Assembly (NCBI GenBank): GCA_035941045.1 | Contig: DASZEK010000198.1 | Span: 660 to 64,659, forward strand | Direction of reading: 5' to 3' | Source: Pyrinomonadaceae bacterium | Lineage (GTDB): Bacteria; Acidobacteriota; Blastocatellia; Pyrinomonadales; Pyrinomonadaceae | Length of the DNA: 64,000 nt | The notes under the pieces: model-generated | Database searches by the model: none | Seen by the model: only the letters and a program-made list of their open reading frames with translations | What the model was told of the DNA's origin: nothing | Shown: piece after piece, positions 1 to 9,420 of the stretch | How the letters are laid out: each line of letters starts with the position of its first letter | Numbering within the stretch: the first letter of the stretch is position 1 | Program-made: the position numbers and the translations under genes

Positions 1-1
1 C

Positions 2-220
2 CCGGCGCAGACCTTCGGCTTCCGCGACCGCGGCCTCGTGCGCGAGGGGATGGCCGCCGACCTGGTCCTATTCGACGACGCGGCGGTCTCCGACCCCTCG
101 ACCTTCGAGCGCCCGCACCAGTACGCCGCGGGCTTCTCGCACGTCCTCGTCAACGGCGTCGCCGTCATCGAAGACGGGCGCGCGACGGGCGCCCGCCCCG
201 GCGCCGCGCTCCGCCACTAA
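2..220 (+). CDS. C-terminal fragment of an amidohydrolase (D-aminoacylase / N-acyl-D-amino-acid deacylase-like); 5' end lies outside the window
   Basis: The frame is open from the window edge to TAA at 218-220. The tail ADLVLFDDAAVSDPSTFERPHQYAAGFSHVLVNGVAVIEDGRATGARPG resembles the conserved C-terminus of D-aminoacylase-type amidohydrolases (recalled, not searched). Confidence 0.55.
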   Translation, partial: PAQTFGFRDRGLVREGMAADLVLFDDAAVSDPSTFERPHQYAAGFSHVLVNGVAVIEDGRATGARPGAALRH

Positions 221-324
221 AGTTCATAAGGGGGAGGCCCGGCGGCCTCCAGCAGCGAGCGAGCGACCTCGCCGGTCCGGCCCGTTTGGAAATTCGATTG
301 CCACTTTCACTGAGGAACCACGCC

Positions 325-3300
325 ATGAGAAAACAGCTAACCGGCGGACTGCGCAGGGCGCTCTTAGCCCTCGCCGTCTGCCTCAGCCTTTGCGGCCCCG
401 CCGCGGCGCAGGTCACGGAGACCGCCGCCCAGGTCAACGGGCAAGTCACGGACTCGGCCGGCGCCGTCGTCGCCGGGGCCTCGGTCGTCGTCACCAACGA
501 CGCCACGCGCGAGCAGCGCCGCGTCCAGACCAACGAAGAGGGTCTCTACGTCATCACCCCGCTCAACCCCGGCAACTACACGCTGACGGTCGAGCAGTCG
601 AACTTCAAGCGTTACGTCGAGACGAACGTCGTCCTCAACGCCAAGGACCGCCGCCTCCTCAACGTGGTCCTCGAAGCGGGCAACGTCGCCGAGACCGTCA
701 CCGTCACGAGCGAGACCAACGTCGTGCAGGACAGCCCGACGGGCCAGACGCTCATCTCGGGCCAGCAGGTCATCGAGCTCCCGCTCAACAACCGCGACTA
801 CCTGAAACTGACCGAACTGGTCCCCGGCGTCAGCTCCAGCCTCGACGACGAGACGACCTTCGGACTCACCAGCCGCGCCGACATCTCGATTAACGGCATG
901 CGCCGCAACGCCGTCAACTACCTCGTGGACGGCGTCACCAACACCGACCCCGGCTCGAACATCACGCTGCTCTCGACGCCCACGGTTGACTCCATCAAGG
1001 AGTTCAAGGTGCTCACGTCGAACTACACGGCCGAGATCGGGCGCTCGGGCGGCGGCGTCGTCACCGTCGTCACGCGCGGCGGCGGCAACGACTTCCACGG
1101 CTCGCTCTACGAGTTCTTCCGCAACGACTACTTCAACGCCAACACCTTCTTCAACAACCGCCAGCCCCGCCTCGCCAACGGGCAGGTCAACCCGAACTTC
1201 AAGACGCCCGTCCTGCGCTACAACAACTTCGGCGGCACCATCAGCGGCCCCGTCATCCTGCCGAAGTTCTGGGGCGACGGTAAGCGCTACTGGTCGGGCC
1301 GCGACAAGACCTTCTTCTTCTTCTCCGAGGAGGCGCGGCGCGTCAAGCGCGGCACGACGGCCGCCACGCGCACCGTCCCGACCGCGGCCGACCGCGCCGG
1401 CGACTTCGGCCCGCGCCTCGGCAACCTCGTCTGCCGCAACGCCGCCGGCACCGCGACCGCGACGGCGTCCGCGGCCGGCGTCTGCCCGACCGCCCAGCCC
1501 ATCATCGCCACCGCGACCGACACCCTTGGCCGCACCATCCAGGTCCGCGTCAACCAGATTTTCGTCACCGGCACCGACATCGCTTACGCCGACAACAAAC
1601 TCCCGTCGGGCGTCATCGACCCGCGCGCCGTCTCGCTCTACAACGCCTTCCCGCTGCCGAACTCGGGCACCAACTCCTTCGTCTTCAGCCCGGTCAGTCT
1701 CAACAACACGCGGCAGGAGACGGTCCGCATCGACCACAACTTCAACGACGACAACCGCTTCTTCGGCCGCTACACGCACGACCTCTCACAGACGCAGGAG
1801 TCGGCCGGCCTCTTCGGCGACGCCACCGTCAACCTGCCCGGCGTCTCCACGACCGACACGCGCGTCCCCGGCCACGTCCTCGCGCTCTCGCTCGCCAGCG
1901 TCTTCTCGCCGACGCTCGTCAACGAGGCGACCTACAACTACTCGGGCACGCTCATCGGCTCGCGGCCCACGGGGCGCGGCTTCCGCTCCGACTACCCCGG
2001 CGCCGACAAAATCCCCGAGCGGTTCCCCGAGAACAACGCGGGCGCCATCCCGACCATCAACATCTCCACCTTCGGCGCCGTCGCCTACGGCCATCAGGGC
2101 TTCCGAATCCTGACGCGCATCCACGCCATCCGTGATGTCGTCACCTGGACCAACGGCAACCACACCTTCAAGTTCGGCGGCGAGTTCTCGCACGAGCAGA
2201 AGGCCGAGAACGCCAACAACCTCTCGCAGGGCGGCTTCACCTTCTCCGGCAACCAGACCGCCGGCCCGACGGCGCTGGGCGGCACGACCCGCACCGGCCT
2301 CGGCGCCGCCTCCTTCCTCCTCGGCCTCGCCAACACCTACAACGAGGACGAGCGCGACGTGACCTTCGACTTCCGCTTCGGCCGCCGCGAGTTCTTCGCG
2401 CAGGACACGTGGAAGGTGCGGCCCAACCTGACGCTCGACTTCGGCGTGCGCTACCAGTACTTCACGCCCGTCCGCGACGTTGACAACGTCCTGACCAACT
2501 TCGACCCGACGCGCTACGTCCGCGCCAACGCGCCGACCTGCACGCCCGTCGCCTCCGGCCCGCTCACCTGCGCCACGCTCGTCTCCGGCACGGGCGACCC
2601 GCTGAACGGCATCGTCATCGCGGGCGTCAACTCGCCCAACGGCTCCTTCATCGCCCCGCGCGACACCAACAACTTCAGCCCCCGCGTCGGCCTCGCCTGG
2701 GACCCCTTCTCGAAGGGCAAGACCATCCTGCGCGCCGGCTACGGCTTCTACTTCGACCAGCCGCTCTCCGGCATCTTCGGCCAGAACGTGCAGGTCAACC
2801 CGCCCTTCAACCGCCGCCTCTCCTTCACGAGCACCGGCACGAACATCCTCACGCTCTCGAACCCGACGGGGACGACGCCCAACGCCATCGCCCCGCCCGC
2901 GCTACAGGGCACCGACCCGAACTTCCAACTGCCCGAGACGCAGCAGTGGTCCGTCGGCGTCCAGCACACGCTGTTCCGCAACGCCACGATTGACCTCTCT
3001 TACGTCGGCACGAAGGGCGACAACCTGATCCGCATCGTCGAGCTGAACCAGCCGGCGCCGAAGGCCGTCATCGACGCGGGCGGCACCTCGACCGTCAACG
3101 TCCTGAACGCCGCGCGCCCCTTCCGCGGCTACGGCTCGATCACCTACCGCGAGTCGAGCGGCCGTTCGCGCTACCACGGCATGCTCTCCTCGTTCATCTA
3201 CCGCTTCACGTCGGGCTCGTCCGTCACGCTCTCCTACACGTGGTCGAAGAACCTGACGAACGCCACCAACGACCGCGACACCGTGGACATCCCGCAGCTC

Positions 3301-3924
3301 TACTCGCTCAAGGACACCGAGTACGGCGTCGCCCGCAGCAACCGCGCGCACGTCTTCAGCGCCGGCTACGTCTACGAGCTGCCCTTCTTCCGCAAGAACG
3401 AGAGCGCGCTGCTGCGCCACGCCCTCGGCGGATGGCAGGTCTCCGGCATCACGCAGATTCAGTCGGGCCTCCCCATCGCGCGCGCCCTGAACATCTCGGC
3501 CACGCAGTTCGCCAACACGGCGACGAACAACGGCCTGCGCGGCAACCGCCCGAACCTCCTCAGCGACCCGAACGAGGGGCTCGCCGGCACGAACGACGCC
3601 GCCGGCCTCCCGTTCCTCTTCGACCCGACGGCCTTCGCGCTGCCGCCCGACGGCACGCTCGGCAACTCTCCGCGCGCCTTCGCCCGGCTGCCGACGCAGA
3701 ACCAGACGAACCTCTCGGCCATCAAGAACTGGTACTTCTCGAAGGACCGCGACGTGCGCCTCCAGTTCCGCGCCGAGGCTTTCAACGTCTTCAACCACAC
3801 GCAGTTCACCTCGGTGGGCACGGTCTTCGACCCGACGCTCGCGCTCACCGCCACGACCTTCGGCCGGCCGACCGCCGCGCGACTGCCGCGCGAGTTCCAG
3901 TTCGGCCTCAAGCTCTACTTCTAA
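325..3924 (+). CDS. TonB-dependent outer-membrane receptor with N-terminal carboxypeptidase-regulatory-like domain
   Basis: About 1200 aa. Signal peptide MRKQLTGGLRRALLALAVCLSLCGPAAAQ. CarboxypepD_reg-like segment GQVTDSAGAVVAGASVVVTNDATREQRRVQTNEEGLYVITPLNPGNYTLTVE. Long beta-rich body ending FGLKLYF, the aromatic terminus typical of OM barrels. ATG 325 is preferred over 286 because it begins the signal peptide. Confidence 0.85.
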   Translation: MRKQLTGGLRRALLALAVCLSLCGPAAAQVTETAAQVNGQVTDSAGAVVAGASVVVTNDATREQRRVQTNEEGLYVITPLNPGNYTLTVEQSNFKRYVETNVVLNAKDRRLLNVVLEAGNVAETVTVTSETNVVQDSPTGQTLISGQQVIELPLNNRDYLKLTELVPGVSSSLDDETTFGLTSRADISINGMRRNAVNYLVDGVTNTDPGSNITLLSTPTVDSIKEFKVLTSNYTAEIGRSGGGVVTVVTRGGGNDFHGSLYEFFRNDYFNANTFFNNRQPRLANGQVNPNFKTPVLRYNNFGGTISGPVILPKFWGDGKRYWSGRDKTFFFFSEEARRVKRGTTAATRTVPTAADRAGDFGPRLGNLVCRNAAGTATATASAAGVCPTAQPIIATATDTLGRTIQVRVNQIFVTGTDIAYADNKLPSGVIDPRAVSLYNAFPLPNSGTNSFVFSPVSLNNTRQETVRIDHNFNDDNRFFGRYTHDLSQTQESAGLFGDATVNLPGVSTTDTRVPGHVLALSLASVFSPTLVNEATYNYSGTLIGSRPTGRGFRSDYPGADKIPERFPENNAGAIPTINISTFGAVAYGHQGFRILTRIHAIRDVVTWTNGNHTFKFGGEFSHEQKAENANNLSQGGFTFSGNQTAGPTALGGTTRTGLGAASFLLGLANTYNEDERDVTFDFRFGRREFFAQDTWKVRPNLTLDFGVRYQYFTPVRDVDNVLTNFDPTRYVRANAPTCTPVASGPLTCATLVSGTGDPLNGIVIAGVNSPNGSFIAPRDTNNFSPRVGLAWDPFSKGKTILRAGYGFYFDQPLSGIFGQNVQVNPPFNRRLSFTSTGTNILTLSNPTGTTPNAIAPPALQGTDPNFQLPETQQWSVGVQHTLFRNATIDLSYVGTKGDNLIRIVELNQPAPKAVIDAGGTSTVNVLNAARPFRGYGSITYRESSGRSRYHGMLSSFIYRFTSGSSVTLSYTWSKNLTNATNDRDTVDIPQLYSLKDTEYGVARSNRAHVFSAGYVYELPFFRKNESALLRHALGGWQVSGITQIQSGLPIARALNISATQFANTATNNGLRGNRPNLLSDPNEGLAGTNDAAGLPFLFDPTAFALPPDGTLGNSPRAFARLPTQNQTNLSAIKNWYFSKDRDVRLQFRAEAFNVFNHTQFTSVGTVFDPTLALTATTFGRPTAARLPREFQFGLKLYF

Positions 3925-3947
3925 CCACTCCCGCGCGGGGACAAAGA

Positions 3948-3982
3948 GAGGGCACAGAGAAGTTAAGCTTCTCTGTGCCCTC
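3948..3982 (+). terminator. Hairpin terminator downstream of the TonB-dependent receptor
   Basis: Perfect 15-bp stem gagggcacagagaag / cttctctgtgccctc with loop ttaag, 24 nt after the stop codon. A weak T-rich tail (tgtgctct) follows. Confidence 0.65.
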
Positions 3983-4041
3983 TGTGCTCTCCGCGTCCCC
4001 CGTGTTGAAAACCCCGCCCGCCGGCTTTAACCTGACCCCCT

Positions 4042-5226
4042 ATGTCTAATCAACAACCCGACAAACTCCTCCTGCGCGGCGCCCGACTCATCCTCCCCGA
4101 CTCGGTAGTCGAAGGCCAAGACTTGCTCGTCGAAGCCGGCCGCGTCGCCCGACTCGGGCAAATCTCTGACGCGGGAGCGCGCGTCCTCGACCTCTCCGGC
4201 CTGACCGTCTACCCCGGCTTCATAGACGTTCACATCCACGGCGCCGTCGGCGTGGACACTTTAGAAGCCACGGCCGATGACCTCCACCGCGTCGCGCTCT
4301 TCCTCGCGGGCGAGGGCGTCACCTCCTGGCTCCCCACGCTGGTCCCCGCCCCCGAGGAGGATTACCGCCGCGCCGTCCTCTCCGTCGAACAACTGATGAG
4401 CGAACAGGACGAGCGCCCCCCGGCCGCGCTCGCGCTCGGCGTCCACTACGAAGGCCCCTTCGTCAACGAGCGCCAGTGCGGCGCCCTGCGCACGCCCTAC
4501 TTCCGCCGCTACACGGGCCCCGACTCGCTCGAAGGGCTCGCGACACTCGGCCTCCAAGGCGCCGCCCACATGACGACGCTCGCCCCCGAAGTCGAAGGAG
4601 GAATTGAACTCATCCGCGAACTCGTCCGCCGCGGCTGGGTCGTCTCCATCGGCCACACGCGCGCGCCCGTCGAGCTTTTAGAAGGCGCGCGCGAAGCAGG
4701 CGCCCGCCACATGACCCACTTCCTTAACGCCATGCCGCAACTCCACCACCGCGAGCCCGGACCCGTCGGCTGGGGACTCCTTCGAGACGACGTGACCGTG
4801 GACCTCATCGCCGACGGCGTCCACAGCGACCCCCTCATGCTCCGCCTCGTCATGCGCTGCAAGACGGCCGACCGCATCTCCCTCATCAGCGACGCCGTCG
4901 CGCCCGCCGGCCTCGGCGACGGCGAGTACGCCGTCTGGGGCGAGACCATCAAAGTCGAAGGCGGCCGCACCCGCAACGAGCGCGGCTCCATCGCCGGCTC
5001 CGTCGCCACGCTCGCCGCCGCCGCCCGCATGGTGCTCGGCCTCGGCGCCGCCGAAACCGACCTCGCCCGCATGGCCTCGCTCAACCCCGCCCGCCTCCTC
5101 GGCCTCGCCCACGACCGCGGCTCAATCGAACAGGGCAAGCGCGCCGACCTCACCGCCCTCGACGCCGGGGGCCGCGTGCGCCTCACCCTCGTCGGCGGCC
5201 GCGTCGCCTTCGAGAAAAAAATGTAA
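4042..5226 (+). CDS. nagA: N-acetylglucosamine-6-phosphate deacetylase
   Basis: 394 aa. Carries NagA-type motifs FIDVHIHGAVGVD (HxH metal site), GVHYEGPF and SIGHT, with the overall length and order typical of the NagA amidohydrolase family. Confidence 0.85.
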   Translation: MSNQQPDKLLLRGARLILPDSVVEGQDLLVEAGRVARLGQISDAGARVLDLSGLTVYPGFIDVHIHGAVGVDTLEATADDLHRVALFLAGEGVTSWLPTLVPAPEEDYRRAVLSVEQLMSEQDERPPAALALGVHYEGPFVNERQCGALRTPYFRRYTGPDSLEGLATLGLQGAAHMTTLAPEVEGGIELIRELVRRGWVVSIGHTRAPVELLEGAREAGARHMTHFLNAMPQLHHREPGPVGWGLLRDDVTVDLIADGVHSDPLMLRLVMRCKTADRISLISDAVAPAGLGDGEYAVWGETIKVEGGRTRNERGSIAGSVATLAAAARMVLGLGAAETDLARMASLNPARLLGLAHDRGSIEQGKRADLTALDAGGRVRLTLVGGRVAFEKKM

Positions 5227-5405
5227 CCCTTCGTCCTCAACTTGAGTCTTAATTTATGTGGCCGGACTCTCTCGCCCGAGCGCCCCGAGCGCGGCGCGGG
5301 TGCGTCTCATCAGCCGCGTCAGGGTCCGCTAAACAATCGGGCCGGTCCGAGAAGCCACACCCTGCGGCATCTCGGGCCGGCCCGGACTAATTACGCGCGG
5401 CCGAC

Positions 5406-5897
5406 TCATTTCTCGGCCGCGGGCTTCTTCGGCTCCGCGACGTTCGACAGGTGCGACGCCACGACCCGCCACTTGCCGTTCAGCCGCACGTAGGTGTCCG
5501 TATACCTCGACTGTTCCTTGACCGTCTTGCCTTCGCGCTCGTACTCCGTGACGACCCTTCCCATCAGGATGACGGTGTCGCCGTACGCCCTTGAGCGCAC
5601 GTCCTCCGTGTAGAACTTCGTCCGCGGCATCGCGGCGGCCTTCATGCCGCGAATCATGTTCATCAGTTGGGGCTTCGACTGCATGGAGCCGTTAGGGAAG
5701 GTGATGATGAAGTCGTCGGCCACTATGGCGTCCATCGCCGCCGGGTCCGTCTGCTCGTAGGCGTCGAGCCAGCGGCGCTCCAACGCGCGGACCTCCTGCT
5801 CCGCCTTGCTGACGTTGGTTGTCTGCGCCCGCACGGCGCCTATGAAGCCGAGCGAGCAAACGAGAAGTGTCGCAAGCGTGACCGCTCTCCTGAACAT
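5406..5897 (-). CDS. Secreted SnoaL-like / DUF4440 (NTF2-fold) protein
   Basis: 163 aa. Signal peptide MFRRAVTLATLLVCSLGFIGAVRA. Body shows the pattern RRWLDAYEQTDPAAMDAIVADDFIITFPNG ... YTDTYVRLNGKWRVVASH, typical of DUF4440/SnoaL-like domains. Confidence 0.6.
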   Translation of the reverse strand: MFRRAVTLATLLVCSLGFIGAVRAQTTNVSKAEQEVRALERRWLDAYEQTDPAAMDAIVADDFIITFPNGSMQSKPQLMNMIRGMKAAAMPRTKFYTEDVRSRAYGDTVILMGRVVTEYEREGKTVKEQSRYTDTYVRLNGKWRVVASHLSNVAEPKKPAAEK

Positions 5898-5942
5898 GAT
5901 TCTCCTCCTGCAAATTAAGGCCGCCGACGAGTCTTAAATTCG

Positions 5943-6581
5943 TCAGGCGGGTATCAGCGTGTACCCCGGCGCGGCCTGCCCCGGCCACAGCTCGTAAAGC
6001 ACCTCGGCCTCCTCGGTGCCGCCGTGCCTCGGGCTGGAGGGCAGGCCGATGGCGCGCGCCGCCGCGATGCTGAGTTCCCCTATCTTGTTGCGCGGCCCAC
6101 GGTCCGCGACCACGCACTCGACGGACCTGCCCCCCAGCGTCACGCGCGCGCGGCAGCCGCACACCACGCCCCTCGTCCTGTTAATGACGAGCGGCGGCAC
6201 GACGATGTAGGGCACGGTTTCGGCGTCCACGTAGGCGGCCGGGTCGTCCGCCGCCTTTCCGGGTTGACGGTACCATGTCTTCGAGGCGATGACGCCGCCC
6301 GGAAAAACCCTCGGCTCATTGTCCGGCCCCAGTATCACGATGTCCCGCGCCCAGTCGTGCGCGCAGACGACCCGGCCGTGGTCGTTCCTCATGCCGCCGT
6401 TGGCGAGCGCCTCCGAGCCGGAGTCGTCCACCTTGTAGGCGGGCTGTGCCCCGTTCTGCCCGTTGGCGCCGTCGGCGTCGATGTCGGCGTCGGCGACGAA
6501 GTGGACTCGCCCGTCGTCCTCTTCGATAATCCTGCATGAGTAGCCTTCGTCGTGTGAATTTATAGTGCCCAGTTCGCGCAT
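5943..6581 (-). CDS. Glycoside hydrolase family 75 (chitosanase)-like protein, apparently without a signal peptide
   Basis: Motif order DADIDADG ... VPYIVVPP ... VADRGPRNKIGELSIAAARAIG parallels the fungal GH75 pattern DMDVDCDG ... VPFIVIP ... GDSNG..GEAS (from memory). ATG at 6581 is preceded by GGAAGGAG 8 nt upstream; the longer ORF reaching 6701 has no such site. Confidence 0.45.
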   Translation of the reverse strand: MRELGTINSHDEGYSCRIIEEDDGRVHFVADADIDADGANGQNGAQPAYKVDDSGSEALANGGMRNDHGRVVCAHDWARDIVILGPDNEPRVFPGGVIASKTWYRQPGKAADDPAAYVDAETVPYIVVPPLVINRTRGVVCGCRARVTLGGRSVECVVADRGPRNKIGELSIAAARAIGLPSSPRHGGTEEAEVLYELWPGQAAPGYTLIPA

Positions 6582-6697
6582 GAGTCGGACTCCTTCCGGT
6601 GTTGGGGTTGGAACGTATGGAAGAACGGCAGGGCGGGGACTTATATCGACACGGACGGCGAAAGTCAACGCCGGTAAGGCGCGGCCGGCGCCTGACT

Positions 6698-7849
6698 TCA
6701 TTGCTTCTTATCCGGCGCCTCGGCGGCGCGCTTGGCGTTCTGGAGGACGCGGGCGCGCTCAAGCTCGCGGGCGCCTTCCTCCTTCCGGCCGAGCTGGACG
6801 AGGGCGCGGCCGAGCTGGTAGTGGCCGTCGGCTATCTCGTCGCGGAGGCGGACGGCGGCGCGCAGCTCTTCGACGGCGCGCTCGCGCTCGCCCGCCTGCA
6901 TGAGCGCGCGCCCCAGGGCGAAGTGCGTGTCGAACTCTTCGGGGTAGGCGCGGGCGGCCTGTTCGAGCAGGGGGACGGCGCGCTCGGGCTGCGAGCGCGT
7001 CAGGTAGAGGTCGCCGAGCGTGAAGGCGGCGCGCGCCATCGAGGGGTCGCGGCGCAGGACTTCCCGCAGCTCGCGCTCGGCCTCGTCGTAGCGGTAGAGC
7101 TTCCAGTAGAGGAAGCCGAGGCCGTAGCGCGTCCGCACGGAGTCGGGCGCGAGCGCGACGGCGCGCTCGTAGGCCGAGGCCGCCTCCGGCGTGCGCCCAG
7201 CGCCGTCGAGCGCGTCGCCGTACATGGCCCAGAGCGTTTCGGTGCCGCCGTCTTCGAGCTCGACCCTGCGGCGCAGGACGCCTGCCGCCTCCGCGAAGCG
7301 GCGCTGCCTGACGAAAGACTGCGCGGCCAGCTCAAGCAGTTCGCGGTCGCGCGGCGAGCGCGCGAGCAGTTGGGCTATCTCGCGCGTCGCCTCGCGGTAC
7401 TTCTCCGAGCCGACGAGCGCCGCGGCCAGCGCGCGCCGCGCCGCCTCGTTCTCCGGCTCAAGCGCGAGCGCGCGGCGGAGTGGCTGGACGGCCGAGACGA
7501 ACTCGCCCTTCCTGACGAGCGCGAGGCCGACGTTGAAGTGGGCGCCGGCAAGCTGCGGGTCGAGCGCCGCCGCCCGCGTCCAGACCTCGATGGCGGCGTC
7601 GGCCCGGCCCTGCCGGTTGCGCGCGACGCCGAGGTTCACCCACGCGCGCGCGTCGGCGGGCGCGAGCCTGACGACCTCCTCCCAGACCGCCTCCGCGCCG
7701 CGCCAGTCGCCGGCCTCCTCGCGCGCGCGCGCCGCGGCGTAGAGCGAGCGCACGCGCTCAGCGTCGCCGCCCTGCCGCACGGCCGCGTTAACGGCCCACG
7801 GCGCCGCGAGCGATAGCAGCATGACGAGCGTGGCGCAGCCCCTCTTCAT
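6698..7849 (-). CDS. Secreted tetratricopeptide-repeat (TPR) protein
   Basis: Signal peptide MKRGCATLVMLLSLAAPWAVNA begins at ATG 7849. It is followed by consecutive ~34-aa TPR-like units (e.g. AWVNLGVARNRQGRADAAIEVWTRAAALDP; THFALGRALMQAGERERAVEELRAAVRL). The Arg-rich 54-aa upstream extension was rejected. Confidence 0.8.
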   Translation of the reverse strand: MKRGCATLVMLLSLAAPWAVNAAVRQGGDAERVRSLYAAARAREEAGDWRGAEAVWEEVVRLAPADARAWVNLGVARNRQGRADAAIEVWTRAAALDPQLAGAHFNVGLALVRKGEFVSAVQPLRRALALEPENEAARRALAAALVGSEKYREATREIAQLLARSPRDRELLELAAQSFVRQRRFAEAAGVLRRRVELEDGGTETLWAMYGDALDGAGRTPEAASAYERAVALAPDSVRTRYGLGFLYWKLYRYDEAERELREVLRRDPSMARAAFTLGDLYLTRSQPERAVPLLEQAARAYPEEFDTHFALGRALMQAGERERAVEELRAAVRLRDEIADGHYQLGRALVQLGRKEEGARELERARVLQNAKRAAEAPDKKQ

Positions 7850-7896
7850 CGCCCGAGAAGATAACACAGGCGGCGCGGGCGGCCCCGCTGTTAACT

Positions 7897-9123
7897 TCAG
7901 TCGTCGGCAGCAGCGGGCAGGGGCGGCGCGGCACTCATCTGCTCGCGCAGCCGCGCGGCCCGCTCGGCGACGATGCCGGCGAGCGGCGCGCACGGGTCGC
8001 CGCCGACCCACTGCATCAGCGCCGAGAGGAAAAGCTCCTTCAGGTACGCGAACGAGAAGCCTTCGGTCGAGCGCGCGACCCGCTCAAGCTCCGCGCCAGA
8101 GAGGCGCATCGTGTCCTCCAGCGACTCGTTCCAGCGCGCGGCGTAGCGCAGCCGCTCGCCCTCGGCCGGCAGCTCGAAGTAGAACTTGCGGTCGAAGCGG
8201 CTCGGCCGGTCGAGGATGGAGGAGTCGAGCTTTTCGGGGTGGTTCGTCGTCGCGAGCACGACGACTCCCGTGTTCGAGGCGAAGCCGTCAAGCTCGTTCA
8301 GGAAGAACGACCGGTTCTTGTCGTTGACGAGCGAGTCGATGTCTTCGAGCACGACGACGCAGGGCTGCGTGCGGCGCGCGCGCTCGAAGACGTTGCGCAG
8401 GCCCGAGTGCTCGCCCTGACAGCTCTCAAGGCTCTTGACGTAAAGGCACGGCAGGCCGAGGCGGTTGACCATCGCCTTGACCGCGTGCGTCTTGCCGTTG
8501 CCCGGCGGGCCGATGAGGAGCACGCCGCGCTTCCAGGGGATGCGGTAACGCTCGTACACCTCGCGCGAGGCGAAGAAGCGCGGCAGGTCGTCCTGAATCT
8601 CGCGGCTCAGCCGCTCGGGCAGGATGAGGCCGTCGAAGCTCGACTCGCGGATTGAACGGTAAAGCTCCTTGCTCTTGACGAAGTGCCCGTCCTCGAAGAC
8701 GAGGATTTCGGCGCGCACCTCGGCGCACCACTCGCTGACGGTGCGGAAGAACTCCTCGGCCGTCTCGCGCGTGTCGGCGACGATCCAGTGGTAGCGCGAG
8801 CGGTACCCGCTCTCGGTCCACGTGACGTAGAGCACGTCGAGCATCTGGCCGCGCCAGAGCACGTTGAACCAACCGTTCTCGGTCTCGCGTTCGAGCGGCT
8901 GGCCGCGCCCCTGCCAGGAGGTTACGAACTGCGCGTGGACCGAGCCCTCGCCGACGAGCGAGCAGAGGCCGGCGCGCGCGTAGTCGTCGAGGTTGAAGTA
9001 GCCGCTCTCGCCCTCGACGACGGCGCGGCCCGGAAACATCCCCGCCAGCTTCTCGCTCACGGAGTAAGAGATGTAGTCGGTCGGGTGGCAAAGCGTCTCG
9101 CTGATGAAATTGTTCAGTGCCAT
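7897..9123 (-). CDS. AAA+ ATPase (classic AAA clade) with an uncharacterised ~190-aa N-terminal domain
   Basis: Walker A LLIGPPGNGKTH and Walker B VVVLEDIDSL. Second region of homology TTNHPEKLDSSILDRPSRFDRKFYF. ATG 9123 (MALNNFISE...) was chosen over the Arg/Pro-rich upstream extension. Confidence 0.85.
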   Translation of the reverse strand: MALNNFISETLCHPTDYISYSVSEKLAGMFPGRAVVEGESGYFNLDDYARAGLCSLVGEGSVHAQFVTSWQGRGQPLERETENGWFNVLWRGQMLDVLYVTWTESGYRSRYHWIVADTRETAEEFFRTVSEWCAEVRAEILVFEDGHFVKSKELYRSIRESSFDGLILPERLSREIQDDLPRFFASREVYERYRIPWKRGVLLIGPPGNGKTHAVKAMVNRLGLPCLYVKSLESCQGEHSGLRNVFERARRTQPCVVVLEDIDSLVNDKNRSFFLNELDGFASNTGVVVLATTNHPEKLDSSILDRPSRFDRKFYFELPAEGERLRYAARWNESLEDTMRLSGAELERVARSTEGFSFAYLKELFLSALMQWVGGDPCAPLAGIVAERAARLREQMSAAPPLPAAADD

Positions 9124-9365
9124 GACAGTTCGTTCGGCCGTCTTTCGCGGCCGCGGTAATAAAGGTTTTCGCCTGGAGGCCCGCTCACACGGGGCGGCGT
9201 GCGCGGGCGTTCCCCGGCGCGCGATGACCTCCGGCTCTAGCGGGAAAGGCTGACGGGTACACTCAGAGGGAGCGGCCGCGCTTTCGCGGCATCGAGCGGA
9301 CAACGGGCGGTGGGACGTTCATGAAAAGCATGGTAACAACTACTTTGCTCTACAAAGTTGAGCGT

Positions 9366-9394
9366 AGGATACCGCGCCTTAGGGCGCGAGTCAA
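9366..9394 (-). promoter_or_regulatory. Putative sigma70-type promoter upstream of the AAA+ ATPase gene
   Basis: On the minus strand: TTGACT - 17 nt - TATCCT, located between the glcF stop and the AAA start. Sequence match only. Confidence 0.3.
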
Positions 9395-9420
9395 CGAAAA
9401 ATTTCGCGCGGCGCGCGCGT

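Noticed and set aside
364-3798. Several long minus- and plus-strand ORFs inside the first TonB-dependent receptor gene (364-1779, 986-2113, 2902-3798, 3240-4049)
   Set aside because: All overlap a well-supported 1200-aa receptor gene. Their translations are Arg/Pro/Ala-rich low-complexity sequences without recognisable domains.
5242-5493. 83-aa ORF in the nagA / SnoaL-like convergent spacer
   Set aside because: It overlaps the 3' end of the SnoaL-like gene, is Arg/Pro-rich, and has no RBS. The region more likely holds an imperfect hairpin (gggccggtccgag ... ctcgggccggccc) acting as a terminator.
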